DNA from: Treponemataceae bacterium
Lineage (GTDB): Bacteria > Spirochaetota > Spirochaetia > Treponematales > Rectinemataceae
Assembly (NCBI GenBank): GCA_963677895.2
Contig: CAXXGJ010000021.1
Span: 1-64,000, forward strand
Reading direction: 5' to 3'
Length of the DNA stretch: 64,000 nt
Part shown: positions 1-10,195 of the stretch, piece after piece
How positions within the stretch are numbered: the stretch's first letter is position 1
Layout: the number at the start of each line of letters is the position of its first letter
Made by a program: the position numbers and the translations under genes
The notes under the pieces: generated by a model
Told to the model about the DNA's origin: nothing
Database searches by the model: none
What the model saw: only the letters and a program-made list of their open reading frames with translations

Positions 1-71
1 ATATGAAAGAAGGGAATAAAAGCGTTTTCATTATAACAAACCATGGCATGCTTTGCAATATTTTTCGGCAG

Positions 72-100
72 TTGCCATTCCCGGGCGTTGCGGCTATAAA
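72..100 (+). promoter_or_regulatory. sigma70-type promoter of the RNase II/R gene (probably leaderless)
   Basis: TTGCCA (72-77), 17 bp spacer, TATAAA (95-100); ATG follows at 107 with no SD. Confidence 0.6.
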
Positions 101-106
101 GAGTCC

Positions 107-2050
107 ATGATTTCCCCAGGATCTCTCGTGATTTTCAAAAGCCAAATCGCTCGCGTCTCCTCCTGTGCCGACGGCAAGATATCGCTCGACCTGGAATCAG
201 GCGAGACGAAAAAAGTTCGCGAGAAAGACGTCTCTCTTCTCCACGGCGCGCCTTCGAACCGCATTCCTCCCGCCATGGAGGGCGGCGATTTCGAGACCGC
301 TCACGCGATGCTCGCGACCGATCATGAAGGCAGAGATCCTATAAAGACTACATGGAAGGAACTGGCCGAACTCGTGTTCGGGGAATTCAGCCCCGCCACC
401 GCGACCGCCTGCGCGCGCTATGCCGCTTCTGGCTCGCTCTTCAGGATCGGTGAAAATGGCCCTTACGCCCTCAGCTTCGAGGAACTGGATCACGCGCGCC
501 GGAAGAACGAGGAAAAACTTCAGGAGAGCGGTCGCCGGGCTTCTTTCGTAACGGCGCTGCGCGCCGCTATCCGCCAAAAAGGCGACGCCGGCAGTCAATC
601 GCCCCTGAAAACGACGCAGGAATTTTCCCGCTACATTTCCGATCTCGAATCCTTCGCCCTGGGTGCCGGGGAGCGCTGCCCTATCGGCGCCGAAGCCGGC
701 ATCGTCGAATCGCGCGAGGCTGTCCACCAAGCCCTCATCGATTCTGGCCTCTGGGAACCTTCCTTCAATCCCTGGCCGGCGCGCGCGGGCTGCGTCCTAT
801 GGCCTCCCCGCCTGAGTTTCCCTGAGCATGAATTGCCCGTATTCTCGACCGGCAGGAAGGATCTTCGCCATCTCGCTTCCTTCGCCATCGACAACGCGTG
901 GTCCACCGATCCCGACGACGCCATCGCCTTCGACGGCGAATTCGTATGGATACATATAGCCGACCCGGCGGCTTTCATCTCACCCGACTCGGCGTTGGAC
1001 GCCGAAGCCCTGTCCCGCGGCGCCACGCTCTACCTGCCGGAAAAGATCATCCCCATGTTCCCGAAAGAAACAGTCGGCCGCCTGGGTCTCGGCATAGAAG
1101 AAACCTCCCCTTCCCTGTCCTTCGCCGTCCGTCTCGCCGACGACGGAACTCCCGCGGAGACGATCATCACGCCCGGTACCGTCCGCGTAACGCGCCTCAG
1201 CTACGAGGAAGCCGACAGAATGCTGGCCGAAGGAAACAAGGACCTGGCGAACCTCGATTCGGTGGCCAGATTGCGCCATGCCCGCCGTCTCGCCAACGGA
1301 GCCGTCGATATAGACATGCCGGAAGTCTCCATGAAGGCGGAAAACGGCGAAGTGCGCTTTCTCTCCGTGCCATCCACGCGTTCCTCCGAAATCGTGCGCG
1401 AAATGATGCTGCTTGCCGGCGAAGCCGTGGCGCGCTGGGCTTACGAACGCAGGATTCCCTTCACTTATTCCAGCCAGGAAGCTCCCCAGCTCCCCAAAAG
1501 TCTTGCCCGATCCGACGAGGAATCCAAAATCCTCTCCGTTCAATATCAGCGCCGAAAGGGCATGAAGGCCAGCATCGTCGGCACCGAGTGCCTCGCTCAT
1601 CAGGGGCTTGGCCTCTCCTTCTATTCCCAGGTTACGAGCCCGTTGCGACGCTATCAGGACCTTCTGGCTCATTACCAGATCCGAGCCTGGATGGCCAGGG
1701 AAGATTCAAGCTCAGCCTCGGGAGCCGCGGGAGCCTCAGCGGCCCTGCTCTCTGCCGATGAAGTGTCCAGGCGATGCATTCTCGGCGGGCAAGGATCCTC
1801 TTCGACAAGGCAGGCCGAACGGGACTCGCGTCTCCACTGGATAGCCTATTTTCTATCGAAAAACCCGGATTGGAAGGGTGAAGCCATAGTCCTCGATCTG
1901 CGGGATCAGGATGCGTGGGTCATCATCCCGGAGCTGGGCATGGAAACATCGCTGCGCACCAGAAAAACGCTGGCCCTCGACGATACGCTCACCGTCAAGG
2001 CGGCGCGGGTTTCCATCGCGTTGCACGACATCACTTTTGAAGCCCTCTGA
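107..2050 (+). CDS. RNB-domain exoribonuclease (RNase II/R family)
   Basis: Catalytic IDNAWSTDPDDA, HIADP, RGATLYLP and TSPLRRYQDL motifs; start moved from TTG 53 to ATG 107. Confidence 0.9.
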   Translation: MISPGSLVIFKSQIARVSSCADGKISLDLESGETKKVREKDVSLLHGAPSNRIPPAMEGGDFETAHAMLATDHEGRDPIKTTWKELAELVFGEFSPATATACARYAASGSLFRIGENGPYALSFEELDHARRKNEEKLQESGRRASFVTALRAAIRQKGDAGSQSPLKTTQEFSRYISDLESFALGAGERCPIGAEAGIVESREAVHQALIDSGLWEPSFNPWPARAGCVLWPPRLSFPEHELPVFSTGRKDLRHLASFAIDNAWSTDPDDAIAFDGEFVWIHIADPAAFISPDSALDAEALSRGATLYLPEKIIPMFPKETVGRLGLGIEETSPSLSFAVRLADDGTPAETIITPGTVRVTRLSYEEADRMLAEGNKDLANLDSVARLRHARRLANGAVDIDMPEVSMKAENGEVRFLSVPSTRSSEIVREMMLLAGEAVARWAYERRIPFTYSSQEAPQLPKSLARSDEESKILSVQYQRRKGMKASIVGTECLAHQGLGLSFYSQVTSPLRRYQDLLAHYQIRAWMAREDSSSASGAAGASAALLSADEVSRRCILGGQGSSSTRQAERDSRLHWIAYFLSKNPDWKGEAIVLDLRDQDAWVIIPELGMETSLRTRKTLALDDTLTVKAARVSIALHDITFEAL

Positions 2051-2149
2051 GCTTTTGGCGTTCATTCTTTCTACATATGGAAGACGTGAGCCTTTTACGT
2101 GCTCCGATTGACCTTTTCGCGCAGTCCACCTATGCTTGATGAAGCAAAA

Positions 2150-4498
2150 ATGGACAACAACGAATTCAAACTTTCGGCTATCCTCTCGATAGATATCCCG
2201 GATCTCTCCTTTTCCGGCGATGGCGAAGAGGAAGTCGATAACGTCGAACTCTGCCACCGCCTCATCCAGGCATCCACGCTCTCCCACGGCGGTTCTCTGA
2301 TAAAAGCGATCGGCGATTCTTTCATGATAACCTTCAGCAATTGCCAGGATGCCGTAAAATGCGCGATGGAGATCGCGGATAAGCTAGGCGGCCTTCCGGC
2401 GGCCAATGAGAAGGCCTCCTCGGCGGAAAAGGCATCGAGACTTCATGCCCGCATGGGTATCCATCTCGGCGATATCCGCTTCTTCGAGAAAAACGTCTTC
2501 GGCGATGCCGTGGATATCGCCTCTGCCCTCCAGGTAGCGGCTAAGCCCGGTACCATTTGCGTGTCGGGCGAGGTTCTCTCCCTTGTCCGCGAAAAAATCC
2601 CTCTGAACGCCAAGCTTATCTCCGGGCAGAGGCGCAAGGCCATCCCCGGAAGCATCCAGGCTTACGAGATTTCGGCGCCCGCGGCAGCGCCAGCCTCGAC
2701 TCCAACCGCGGAGCCCTCCGCTTCGTCATCCACCTCATCCGGCTCCGGCCCCTCCCTCGAGGACATACGAAAAGCCATCCTGGAGGAAATACGCCTTCGC
2801 GGAAGACGCCTCACCGTGGAAGAAGCCCTGGGAAAATTCGGCTGGTACGGCATCGAAGCCACCGAGGTGATAGCCTCGCTGGCCGACGCGGGTATACTCA
2901 TCGGGAAAAAAGCCCCGCGAAGCGAAGCTCCCGGCTACGCTCCGCGTAATGAAGCTCCCGGTTACGCTTCCGCGGCTTCAGCGGGCGATCTGGGCAAGAG
3001 CATCGAATCCGCCATCCACTCCATCGTGACGGAGATCGAGAGAGCCGTCGAAAGCAACGTCAAGATCAATTCTTCTTCCTATGGCGGCAAATCCTCGGGG
3101 TCGGGCATCCATATCCGACTCGACAAGGACAGTTTCAAGGAAAGCGCCCGGAGCTTCAAGGAAGTAGGCAGGGAGATCAAGCGCCAGGTCAAGGAAAGCC
3201 GGTACCAGGAGCATCCTGGAGGCCATTCCTCAGAGTACTACGCCGCAAGGCAGGAAGAGCGCGAAAAAAGACGCGATGATCGACGCGCCGGCCGCGCGTC
3301 ATCGCCCGGCCATGACGTGCCGTCCACGACGTCCTTCGGTACCTATAGGTCAGAACTTTCCGCCAAGGCCGGCAAACTCAGAAAGGGTCTCATCGGCGAT
3401 TTCCTCGGCACTATAATCGCCAACGCAGGTCTCTGGTACGTCAACCTGAACTTCTCCCAGGGAGTCCTCTGGGCGCCTATCGTGAGCATCTTCACGGGTT
3501 TCGGCCTCGTCGACTCCATCCTTCAGGCCGCAAGAACCTCGCGCCACGCCAGCGAGACCGAATCCTTGCCGGAACTCGACGACGAACAGGCGAAAGAACT
3601 CAAGAAAATGCACAAGGAAGGGAACTCGATCGGCAAGCATTTCATCAGCGCCCTTTCCATTCCTACGGCGCTCTACTACATCAATATGACCTTCGACAAG
3701 GGCAATTCCTGGTTCCTCATCCCCGCTGCCATAATGGTCGCGACCTTCTTCATCCACTTCATGACCTACATCACGACAGCCCCTTCGCGCCGCCGGAAGT
3801 TTTTCGAAAAACTGGGCATAAAGGGCAATAAAAAAGGCCTCAGGGAAGCCAAGAAGCAGCGTGAAACGACGACCACGGAGCTGGGCGCCTACGCGGGCAT
3901 CTACCGCGATGCCCAGGATTACGCGAAGGACATCGAAAGCTCTCTCGCGTCCTCCGACCCTTCTTCCGCCGCCGAGCTGAAACCCCAGATGGACGGCTAC
4001 CTCAAGCAGGTGCTCCTCCTGGCGAAGACGGCCAACGAGCTCGACTCCATCATCGGCGAAATTCCCATGGAAGCGCTGGAGAAGGACAAAGCCACGCTCA
4101 AATCCAAGCTTGGAAACGCCGCGGAAGGGATGCGGTCGGAATACGAAGGCAGCATAAAGGAAATCGAAAAACAGGAAGAGTCCTTCAAAGCCCTCGCCGA
4201 GCAGAGCGAGGTGATCGACCTCCGCCTGCGCTCTTCGGTGAGTCAGCTCCAGCAGCTCAAGATGGATCTGGCCAGGGCCAGGGCGGCGGACGCCGAAACC
4301 GATACGGGAAGAACCGAATCGGCGCTCTCTTCGATCCGCGCCCGTTCGGAGGAACTTTCCCATTATATCGACGATCTCAAGCAGGGCAATCTCGAAGCCC
4401 TCGCCGATCCCTTCCTGGAACTGGAAAAGAAATACGGCCAAGCTCCCGCCCCCCTCGATGGCGAGAAAGATCAAAAACCATCCGAACCCGCCCGCTAG
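2150..4498 (+). CDS. Membrane protein with degenerate class III adenylate/guanylate cyclase-like N-terminus, two paired TM hairpins and a C-terminal coiled coil
   Basis: AILSIDI, IKAIGDSFM, RMGIHLGDI, FGDAVDIAS motifs; four hydrophobic segments; start ATG 2150 follows TTGACC-17-TATGCT (2108-2136). Confidence 0.75.
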   Translation: MDNNEFKLSAILSIDIPDLSFSGDGEEEVDNVELCHRLIQASTLSHGGSLIKAIGDSFMITFSNCQDAVKCAMEIADKLGGLPAANEKASSAEKASRLHARMGIHLGDIRFFEKNVFGDAVDIASALQVAAKPGTICVSGEVLSLVREKIPLNAKLISGQRRKAIPGSIQAYEISAPAAAPASTPTAEPSASSSTSSGSGPSLEDIRKAILEEIRLRGRRLTVEEALGKFGWYGIEATEVIASLADAGILIGKKAPRSEAPGYAPRNEAPGYASAASAGDLGKSIESAIHSIVTEIERAVESNVKINSSSYGGKSSGSGIHIRLDKDSFKESARSFKEVGREIKRQVKESRYQEHPGGHSSEYYAARQEEREKRRDDRRAGRASSPGHDVPSTTSFGTYRSELSAKAGKLRKGLIGDFLGTIIANAGLWYVNLNFSQGVLWAPIVSIFTGFGLVDSILQAARTSRHASETESLPELDDEQAKELKKMHKEGNSIGKHFISALSIPTALYYINMTFDKGNSWFLIPAAIMVATFFIHFMTYITTAPSRRRKFFEKLGIKGNKKGLREAKKQRETTTTELGAYAGIYRDAQDYAKDIESSLASSDPSSAAELKPQMDGYLKQVLLLAKTANELDSIIGEIPMEALEKDKATLKSKLGNAAEGMRSEYEGSIKEIEKQEESFKALAEQSEVIDLRLRSSVSQLQQLKMDLARARAADAETDTGRTESALSSIRARSEELSHYIDDLKQGNLEALADPFLELEKKYGQAPAPLDGEKDQKPSEPAR

Positions 4499-4506
4499 CG
4501 GACCAT

Positions 4507-5622
4507 TTACGGCTCGTCGATGACCTTGACGCACACAGGCGTCGGCACATCGACGGTCGTGCCCGTATACTCAAGTTTTCCTGTCACGGCATTCATCTGG
4601 AAGACGACTAGCGTATCGGAATCCTGGTTGGCCGCCAGGAGGAATCGGCCGCCACGGTCGATCGCGAAATTGCGCGGCGTTTTCCCTCTCGTCGATTCAT
4701 GTCCTATCAAACCAAGCCTTCCGCTTTCCTTCTCTATCCCGAAAATCGCCAGACTGTCATGCCCTCGGTTGGACGCGTAAAGAAAATCGCCCGAAGGAGA
4801 GATATGGAGGTCGGCGCAGGTGCTGGCTCCCGAATGCTCTTCGGGAAGCGCGGAAATCGATTGTATCCTCCGGAAAGCAAAATTTCTGATATCGACGGCG
4901 AAGGCATCTATCGTGGAACCCAATTCGTTCACGACATAGGCTAAACGGCCTGAAGGATGGAATTCAAGGTAGCGCGGGCCAACGCCGGCCTCCGAACCGA
5001 TGCATCGCTCATCGCTCAGGCGCAGACTTCCATTCCGGCTGTCGAAATCATAGACGACAATTTTATCCAGACCTAGATCGGGAACGAGCATATATCGGTT
5101 CGAAGGATCGAAGACGATGGAATGAGCGTGCGGGCCCGCCTGCCTTGCCTTATCGACGCTGGATCCTCTGTGCTGGACAAAAGCCGAAGCCTCCCCCAGA
5201 CTCCCGTCCGCCAATATCGGGTAAACGATGATGCTGCCGCTCATGAAATTGGCTACCGCCGCGAACTTGCCTGTTCCATCCACGGCCACGTGGCATGGAT
5301 CAGTTCCGTCAGTCAGACGTTTGTTCAAGAAAGCGAGGTTCATCGATCCGCCATCAAACACGAAAGCGCTCAACGCGCCGGAATTCTTGCCATCGCATTG
5401 TTTCAGTTCATTGACGGCGAACAGCCGCCTATTTTCCCCGCTGAAAGCCAAATACGAAGGATTCACGATCCCCTCCGCCACGGAAAGAAGTTCCATTTTC
5501 CCAGAATTTTCGTGCAGGCGATATATGTAAATCCCCTTGCCCTTTCCCTGGAGGACCTTTCCCGTCCCAAAAAGTATTGGCTCCGTATAGGTGCCTACAA
5601 AGACAAGACTCGTTTTTTCCAT
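4507..5622 (-). CDS. pgl: 6-phosphogluconolactonase / aldonolactonase (7-blade beta-propeller lactonase family)
   Basis: VFVGTYT, NPSYL, PCHV, GPHAH, DLGLD, GPR, SNRGHDS, PRNF, ANQDSD motifs. Confidence 0.85.
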   Translation of the reverse strand: MEKTSLVFVGTYTEPILFGTGKVLQGKGKGIYIYRLHENSGKMELLSVAEGIVNPSYLAFSGENRRLFAVNELKQCDGKNSGALSAFVFDGGSMNLAFLNKRLTDGTDPCHVAVDGTGKFAAVANFMSGSIIVYPILADGSLGEASAFVQHRGSSVDKARQAGPHAHSIVFDPSNRYMLVPDLGLDKIVVYDFDSRNGSLRLSDERCIGSEAGVGPRYLEFHPSGRLAYVVNELGSTIDAFAVDIRNFAFRRIQSISALPEEHSGASTCADLHISPSGDFLYASNRGHDSLAIFGIEKESGRLGLIGHESTRGKTPRNFAIDRGGRFLLAANQDSDTLVVFQMNAVTGKLEYTGTTVDVPTPVCVKVIDEP

Positions 5623-5693
5623 GGCTTTCCCCTACCGTCTCGCTGCGAAAAATTTCGTTTCCATACCGCGGTCGCTTTACGGAAACCTGATAT

Positions 5694-5735
5694 GGATACA
5701 GTATACATTAAACAATACCGGGTTTTTACTGTCAA
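5694..5735 (-). promoter_or_regulatory. Lactonase promoter with overlapping tandem 7-bp operator
   Basis: Minus-strand TTGACA (5735-5730), 17 bp, TTTAAT (5712-5707); TGTATAC-TGTATCC at 5707-5694. Confidence 0.65.
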
Positions 5736-5798
5736 TGCGAGGCGTACTCGCCTATAACATGCGTTGGGAGTATTCCCGTGCCCCTGTCGCGATATAGG

Positions 5799-5834
5799 TT
5801 GAAATGCTCTCAGTGGTTGATATATACTGGATCC
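5799..5834 (+). promoter_or_regulatory. gntR promoter with overlapping tandem 7-bp operator
   Basis: TTGAAA (5799-5804), 18 bp, TATACT (5823-5828); TATATAC-TGGATCC at 5821-5834. Confidence 0.55.
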
Positions 5835-5914
5835 AGAAAGCATTATCCGGCGTTTGATGAATCTTGCCGAGCGATTGTCATGATTCATCCCGGGAAAGGG
5901 CGGTGCGCGACAAA

Positions 5915-6586
5915 ATGGCCGAAGAAATCAGGGCGAAATATAGAAGCATCCAGGACATCGTATTCACCACGCTGAGGGACGAAATCGTTTCCCATACGCT
6001 CAAGCCGGGCGACGTCATGAACACCGTCGAACTGTCGAATCGTCTTGGGGTCAGCCGCACTCCCATAAGGGAAGCCCTGAACCGACTGATTTCCATCGGC
6101 CTCGTGGAGGAAGCGCCCCATCGGAGCTGCTGCGTGAAAAAGCTCTCGGCCGACCAACTCATAGAAATATATTATATCAGAGCGGCGCTTTCCGGAGTTG
6201 CGGCGCGTCTGGCGGCGACGAAAATTTCAGACGCGGACAGGAAACGGCTCGAAGTCCTCTGCGAGCAGATGGAGCGGACAAACGAACCCGATGAATCGAG
6301 CATCATGCTCGAGAAGAACCGGGAATTCCACAATATCATAATAGCGGCGGCCAATTCCCCGAGGCTCAAGGACATCCTCGAGCAGTATTACTCGCAGAGC
6401 CAGCAATACAGGGCGCTGGCGCTCGAACTGCCCGGACGCTTCGCCGAGATCTGCGCCGAGCACCGCAAGATCGCGGAAGCTCTCGCCCGCGGAGACAAGG
6501 ATGGAGCCGAGGCCTATACCCGCGAACATTATTTCAACACGGCTAAGAGAATAGCTCAGGCATTCCAGATGAGCTCGGAAATTTGA
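5915..6586 (+). CDS. GntR-family (FCD) transcriptional regulator
   Basis: HTH LGVSRTPIREAL; FCD-like NREFH...EH...H; start could be GTG 5903. Confidence 0.9.
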   Translation: MAEEIRAKYRSIQDIVFTTLRDEIVSHTLKPGDVMNTVELSNRLGVSRTPIREALNRLISIGLVEEAPHRSCCVKKLSADQLIEIYYIRAALSGVAARLAATKISDADRKRLEVLCEQMERTNEPDESSIMLEKNREFHNIIIAAANSPRLKDILEQYYSQSQQYRALALELPGRFAEICAEHRKIAEALARGDKDGAEAYTREHYFNTAKRIAQAFQMSSEI

Positions 6587-6605
6587 GCCATCCCTATCTG
6601 CGTCC

Positions 6606-7544
6606 TTAAGGCTGGCTTTTTATCTTCTTCAGCGCGTGGATTATGAATTCGTTGCGTTGCTTAGCTAAAGCGTTCATATCCTTCTTGCTCCAGTCGTAGA
6701 AGCCCTTTCCCGTCTTGTAGCCGAGGTCTCCGTTTTCGAGCATTCCCTTAAAGCATGAATTGGCTTCGTGGCTGTCGCTGATGCCTGGAAGCACGGTATT
6801 CTGCACGGAGTTGCATAGATCGACGCCGACGGCGTCCACGTGCTCCAGAGGTCCCCATACGGGAAATCTGATTCCCATACCCATTTTTACCGCGGTATCC
6901 ACATCTTCCGCGGAGGCGAGGCCTATCTCGACGATATGCGACGCTTCCCTTATGACCGCCTGCAGTATCCTGTTGGCGAGCTGACCGGGCAAATCTCTTT
7001 TCACCAATACGGGCGATTTTCCCCAGGCTTTCAGCGTCTTCATCACCCATTCAGCCGTCTTCATCGAGGTGTGGTCGCTCATGACAACCTCCACCAAAGG
7101 GACGAGATGGGCGGGAAACCAGAAATGCGCGGTGGCCGTCCTCTCCGGATGTTTGGTGAACCGGGCGATGTCGGTGATCCTCAAGCCCGAAGTATTGCTC
7201 ACTATGGGGACTGCTTCAGGCAACAGCTCGTCGAGGCGTCTGAATATTTCCTGCTTGGCCGAAAGGTTCTCGACTATAGCTTCTATGACGAAGAAAGCCT
7301 CGTCGCAGCGCTCTTCCGAATTCCTTCCGTACGAGATATTCCCTATGGCCTTCGATTTCGTCTCTTCGGAAATCAGGCAATTTACCGCCAACTCATCCAG
7401 AAGGCCGCCCACGCGATCCGGGCACTTCTCGCGGACTTGATCCGACGACTCGATGACGATGGTCGGATTGCCCGCGATGGCCGATATCGCTGCAATACCG
7501 CTCCCCATCATACCCCCGCCCACGACCATCACGCTGTTTCTCAT
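6606..7544 (-). CDS. 3-hydroxyacyl-CoA dehydrogenase-family NAD-dependent oxidoreductase
   Basis: GGGMMGSG, IEAIVE, SNTS, HFWFPAHLVPLVE, PGQLANR, GPLEHVDAVGVD, GYKTGKGFY. Confidence 0.85.
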   Translation of the reverse strand: MRNSVMVVGGGMMGSGIAAISAIAGNPTIVIESSDQVREKCPDRVGGLLDELAVNCLISEETKSKAIGNISYGRNSEERCDEAFFVIEAIVENLSAKQEIFRRLDELLPEAVPIVSNTSGLRITDIARFTKHPERTATAHFWFPAHLVPLVEVVMSDHTSMKTAEWVMKTLKAWGKSPVLVKRDLPGQLANRILQAVIREASHIVEIGLASAEDVDTAVKMGMGIRFPVWGPLEHVDAVGVDLCNSVQNTVLPGISDSHEANSCFKGMLENGDLGYKTGKGFYDWSKKDMNALAKQRNEFIIHALKKIKSQP

Positions 7545-7567
7545 ACGAATAACCCTCGCTTTCGATA

Positions 7568-8599
7568 TCACTTTCGCTTGATGTATTTCTGGGAATCGAT
7601 GGCCACGGCTAAAATGATGATCATTCCCTTGACGATATACTGGACATAGGGATTCACCCCGATGAATACGAGCCCGTAGTTGATGATCTGAAACAAAAGG
7701 ACGCCGGTGACGACGCCGGGAACGGTTCCGACGCCGCCCCGCATGGACACGCCGCCGACGACGCAGGCCGAGATGGCGTCCAGCTCATAGCCCGATCCCA
7801 GCATGTTCGTGACGCTTCCCGTCCTCGCGCCTTCCAGGGCGCCGCCGAAGCCGTACATCAGGCCCGCGATCACATAGATGACGATGATATTGGCCACGAC
7901 GTTGACGCCCGACACCGTCGCCGCTTCCACGTTGCCGCCTATGGCGTACATGTTGCGGCCAAGCTTGGTCTTGTTCCATATGAACCATACGATGACGATG
8001 GCGGCCATCGCGTAGAGAATAAGGTAAGGAATCCTGAAGTTTTCGAATTCGATGGCGCCTTGGGCGAAACGGCTGAATTTTTGATCGAAGCCGCCTATCG
8101 GCGATGAATCGTTCAACTCGTCGATATAGAGGGACTGGAGTCCGTAAATGACGAGCTGGAATCCCAGGGAGGCGATGAAAGGCGCCACCTTGAGTTTCGA
8201 TACAACGACGCCCTGCGCCACTTGGAAAAGCGCGCAGAGCAACATCGCGATGAGTATGGGCACGACGATGGGCAGCTGCGGCAGATCGGGGAAAATGCGC
8301 TGGGAGTAATTGGCGGCCTGGAGCAGGGACGAGGAGACGATGGCCGCCATGCCGACGCTCCGTCCGAGGGAGAGGTCCGTGTATCCCAGCACGATTATGC
8401 TGGCGACACCCAAAGCCAGGACGATGCGCGACGAAGACTGCGTCAGGATGAAATAGAAATTCTGAAGTTTTATAAAGCTCGGCTCTATGGCGACGATGAC
8501 GCAGAGCAGAAAGAGCATTACGAGATAGAGAGCGTTCTTTACGAGGAAAGCCGATAGTATAGCCTTTATGTCGCTGGCTTTCCGGTTATCCATAGTCAT
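7568..8599 (-). CDS. mglC: Galactoside-type sugar ABC permease
   Basis: TDLSLG, PFIASLG, GRNMYAIGGN, YELDAISACVVGG; SD upstream of ATG 8599. Confidence 0.85.
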   Translation of the reverse strand: MTMDNRKASDIKAILSAFLVKNALYLVMLFLLCVIVAIEPSFIKLQNFYFILTQSSSRIVLALGVASIIVLGYTDLSLGRSVGMAAIVSSSLLQAANYSQRIFPDLPQLPIVVPILIAMLLCALFQVAQGVVVSKLKVAPFIASLGFQLVIYGLQSLYIDELNDSSPIGGFDQKFSRFAQGAIEFENFRIPYLILYAMAAIVIVWFIWNKTKLGRNMYAIGGNVEAATVSGVNVVANIIVIYVIAGLMYGFGGALEGARTGSVTNMLGSGYELDAISACVVGGVSMRGGVGTVPGVVTGVLLFQIINYGLVFIGVNPYVQYIVKGMIIILAVAIDSQKYIKRK

Positions 8600-8615
8600 T
8601 CGAGACACCCCTTCT

Positions 8616-10106
8616 TCAGATATACTTGGCGGCGAGGCGCAGGAGCTCTTCCTGGCTCGTCGTGGCGGAATCCACGATTCCCGCAAGCTTGCCGTTGCTC
8701 ATAACCATGATCCTGTCCGCCACGCCCAGCAGTTCGGACATTTCCGAGGATATGAAAACGACGCCGTTTCCCTTCTCCGCCAGATCGATCATCAGCTGAT
8801 ATATTTCGTACTTCGCGCCGACATCGATGCCGCGGGTGGGTTCGTCGAGAAGCAGCACTTTGGGCGATGTAAGGAGCCAGCGCCCCAGGATCACTTTCTG
8901 CTGGTTGCCGCCGGAAAGGTTGACGATGGCCGCTTTCTGCGAAGGAGTCTTCACCGAGAGAGAGTCTATTACCCACTGGGTATCCTTGGCGACATTCCTG
9001 TATTTCATGACCCCGAAACGGGCATACGCGTGTATGTTCGCGATCATGGCGTTGAATTGGATATTCAAGAGGGGGAAAATTCCGGTCGCTCTTCGTTCCT
9101 CGGTCACGAGTCCGATGCCGCTGGCTATGGATCCGCGCGGGTAATGCTTCGTGAGAGCCTGCCCGCCTATGTGGATTTCGCCTTTTTTCATCTTCCGCAA
9201 TCCGAAGATAGTCTCCACGAGCTCGGTCCGCCGGGAACCGACGAGCCCGGACACACCGAGGATTTCACCCTTAAATAGATCGAAGGATACGTCTTCGATC
9301 GTAGGCTGATAGGTGCCGGAGAGATTTCTTACCTTGAGGACCACCTCATCCGTAGGCTTGTTGATCTTGGGCGGATACAGCCTCGCCAGATCCCTTCCCA
9401 CCATCAACGAGATTATCCTGTCCTTCGTCAGGTCGCCGGATTTCTCGGTGGCGATCCAACGGCCGTCCCTCATCACCGTCACTTCGTCGGCGATGGCGAG
9501 TATTTCTTCCATCTTATGGGAGATATAGATGACGGCTACGCCTTCCTTCTTCAGCGTCCTGATTATGCCGAAAAGATGTTCGACTTCGTTTTCGGTGAGC
9601 GATGACGTAGGCTCGTCCAGAACGATTATTTTCGCGTTGCACGATACCGCTTTGGCGATCTCGACCATCTGACGTTCTGAGACGGAAAGCGAGCCAATTT
9701 TCTTGAGCGGACTGACATTGATTTTCAGTCTTTCGAAAACGGCGCTGGTCTCGGACAACATCAGTTTGTCGTCTACGACGATGCCCTTGGCCGGCAGTCT
9801 CCCGAGCCAGATATTGTCCAGGACGCTTCGCTCCAGGACTTGGTTAAGCTCCTGATGAACCATCGAAACGCCGTTGTCCAGCGCCTGTCTCGGGCTGTCG
9901 AATGAGATAGGCTTTCCATCGAGGAGGATCTCCCCCTCATCCTTCCTGTAAATTCCAAAAAGACATTTCATGAGCGTGGATTTTCCCGCGCCGTTTTCGC
10001 CCATAAGAGCATGTACCGAGCCCGGTTGGAGGAAGAGCTGAGCGTTGTCCAGGGCCTTGACGCCCGGGAACTGCTTTGTGATGCCGCGCATCTCGAGAAC
10101 GTACAT
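8616..10106 (-). CDS. mglA: Sugar ABC ATP-binding protein (tandem NBD, CUT2)
   Basis: [34 protein letters not shown]. Confidence 0.9.
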   Translation of the reverse strand: MYVLEMRGITKQFPGVKALDNAQLFLQPGSVHALMGENGAGKSTLMKCLFGIYRKDEGEILLDGKPISFDSPRQALDNGVSMVHQELNQVLERSVLDNIWLGRLPAKGIVVDDKLMLSETSAVFERLKINVSPLKKIGSLSVSERQMVEIAKAVSCNAKIIVLDEPTSSLTENEVEHLFGIIRTLKKEGVAVIYISHKMEEILAIADEVTVMRDGRWIATEKSGDLTKDRIISLMVGRDLARLYPPKINKPTDEVVLKVRNLSGTYQPTIEDVSFDLFKGEILGVSGLVGSRRTELVETIFGLRKMKKGEIHIGGQALTKHYPRGSIASGIGLVTEERRATGIFPLLNIQFNAMIANIHAYARFGVMKYRNVAKDTQWVIDSLSVKTPSQKAAIVNLSGGNQQKVILGRWLLTSPKVLLLDEPTRGIDVGAKYEIYQLMIDLAEKGNGVVFISSEMSELLGVADRIMVMSNGKLAGIVDSATTSQEELLRLAAKYI

Positions 10107-10136
10107 ACGATCTACCTTTCCATGGGATAAAGCATA

Positions 10137-10175
10137 GGAGGAAGAGTAGAAGGTTTCCCCTTCCCCTCTTCCTCC
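10137..10175 (-). other. Intercistronic stem-loop between the binding-protein and ATPase genes
   Basis: GGAGGAAGAG...CTCTTCCTCC inverted repeat. Confidence 0.55.
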
Positions 10176-10195
10176 CCGGACTGCTATCGCGTTGT

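Noticed and set aside
44..58. TGGCATGCTTTGCA as a sigma54 promoter
   Set aside because: GG-to-GC spacing is 2 nt too short; the region is better explained by a minus-strand TTGCAA-16-TATAAT promoter pointing out of the window
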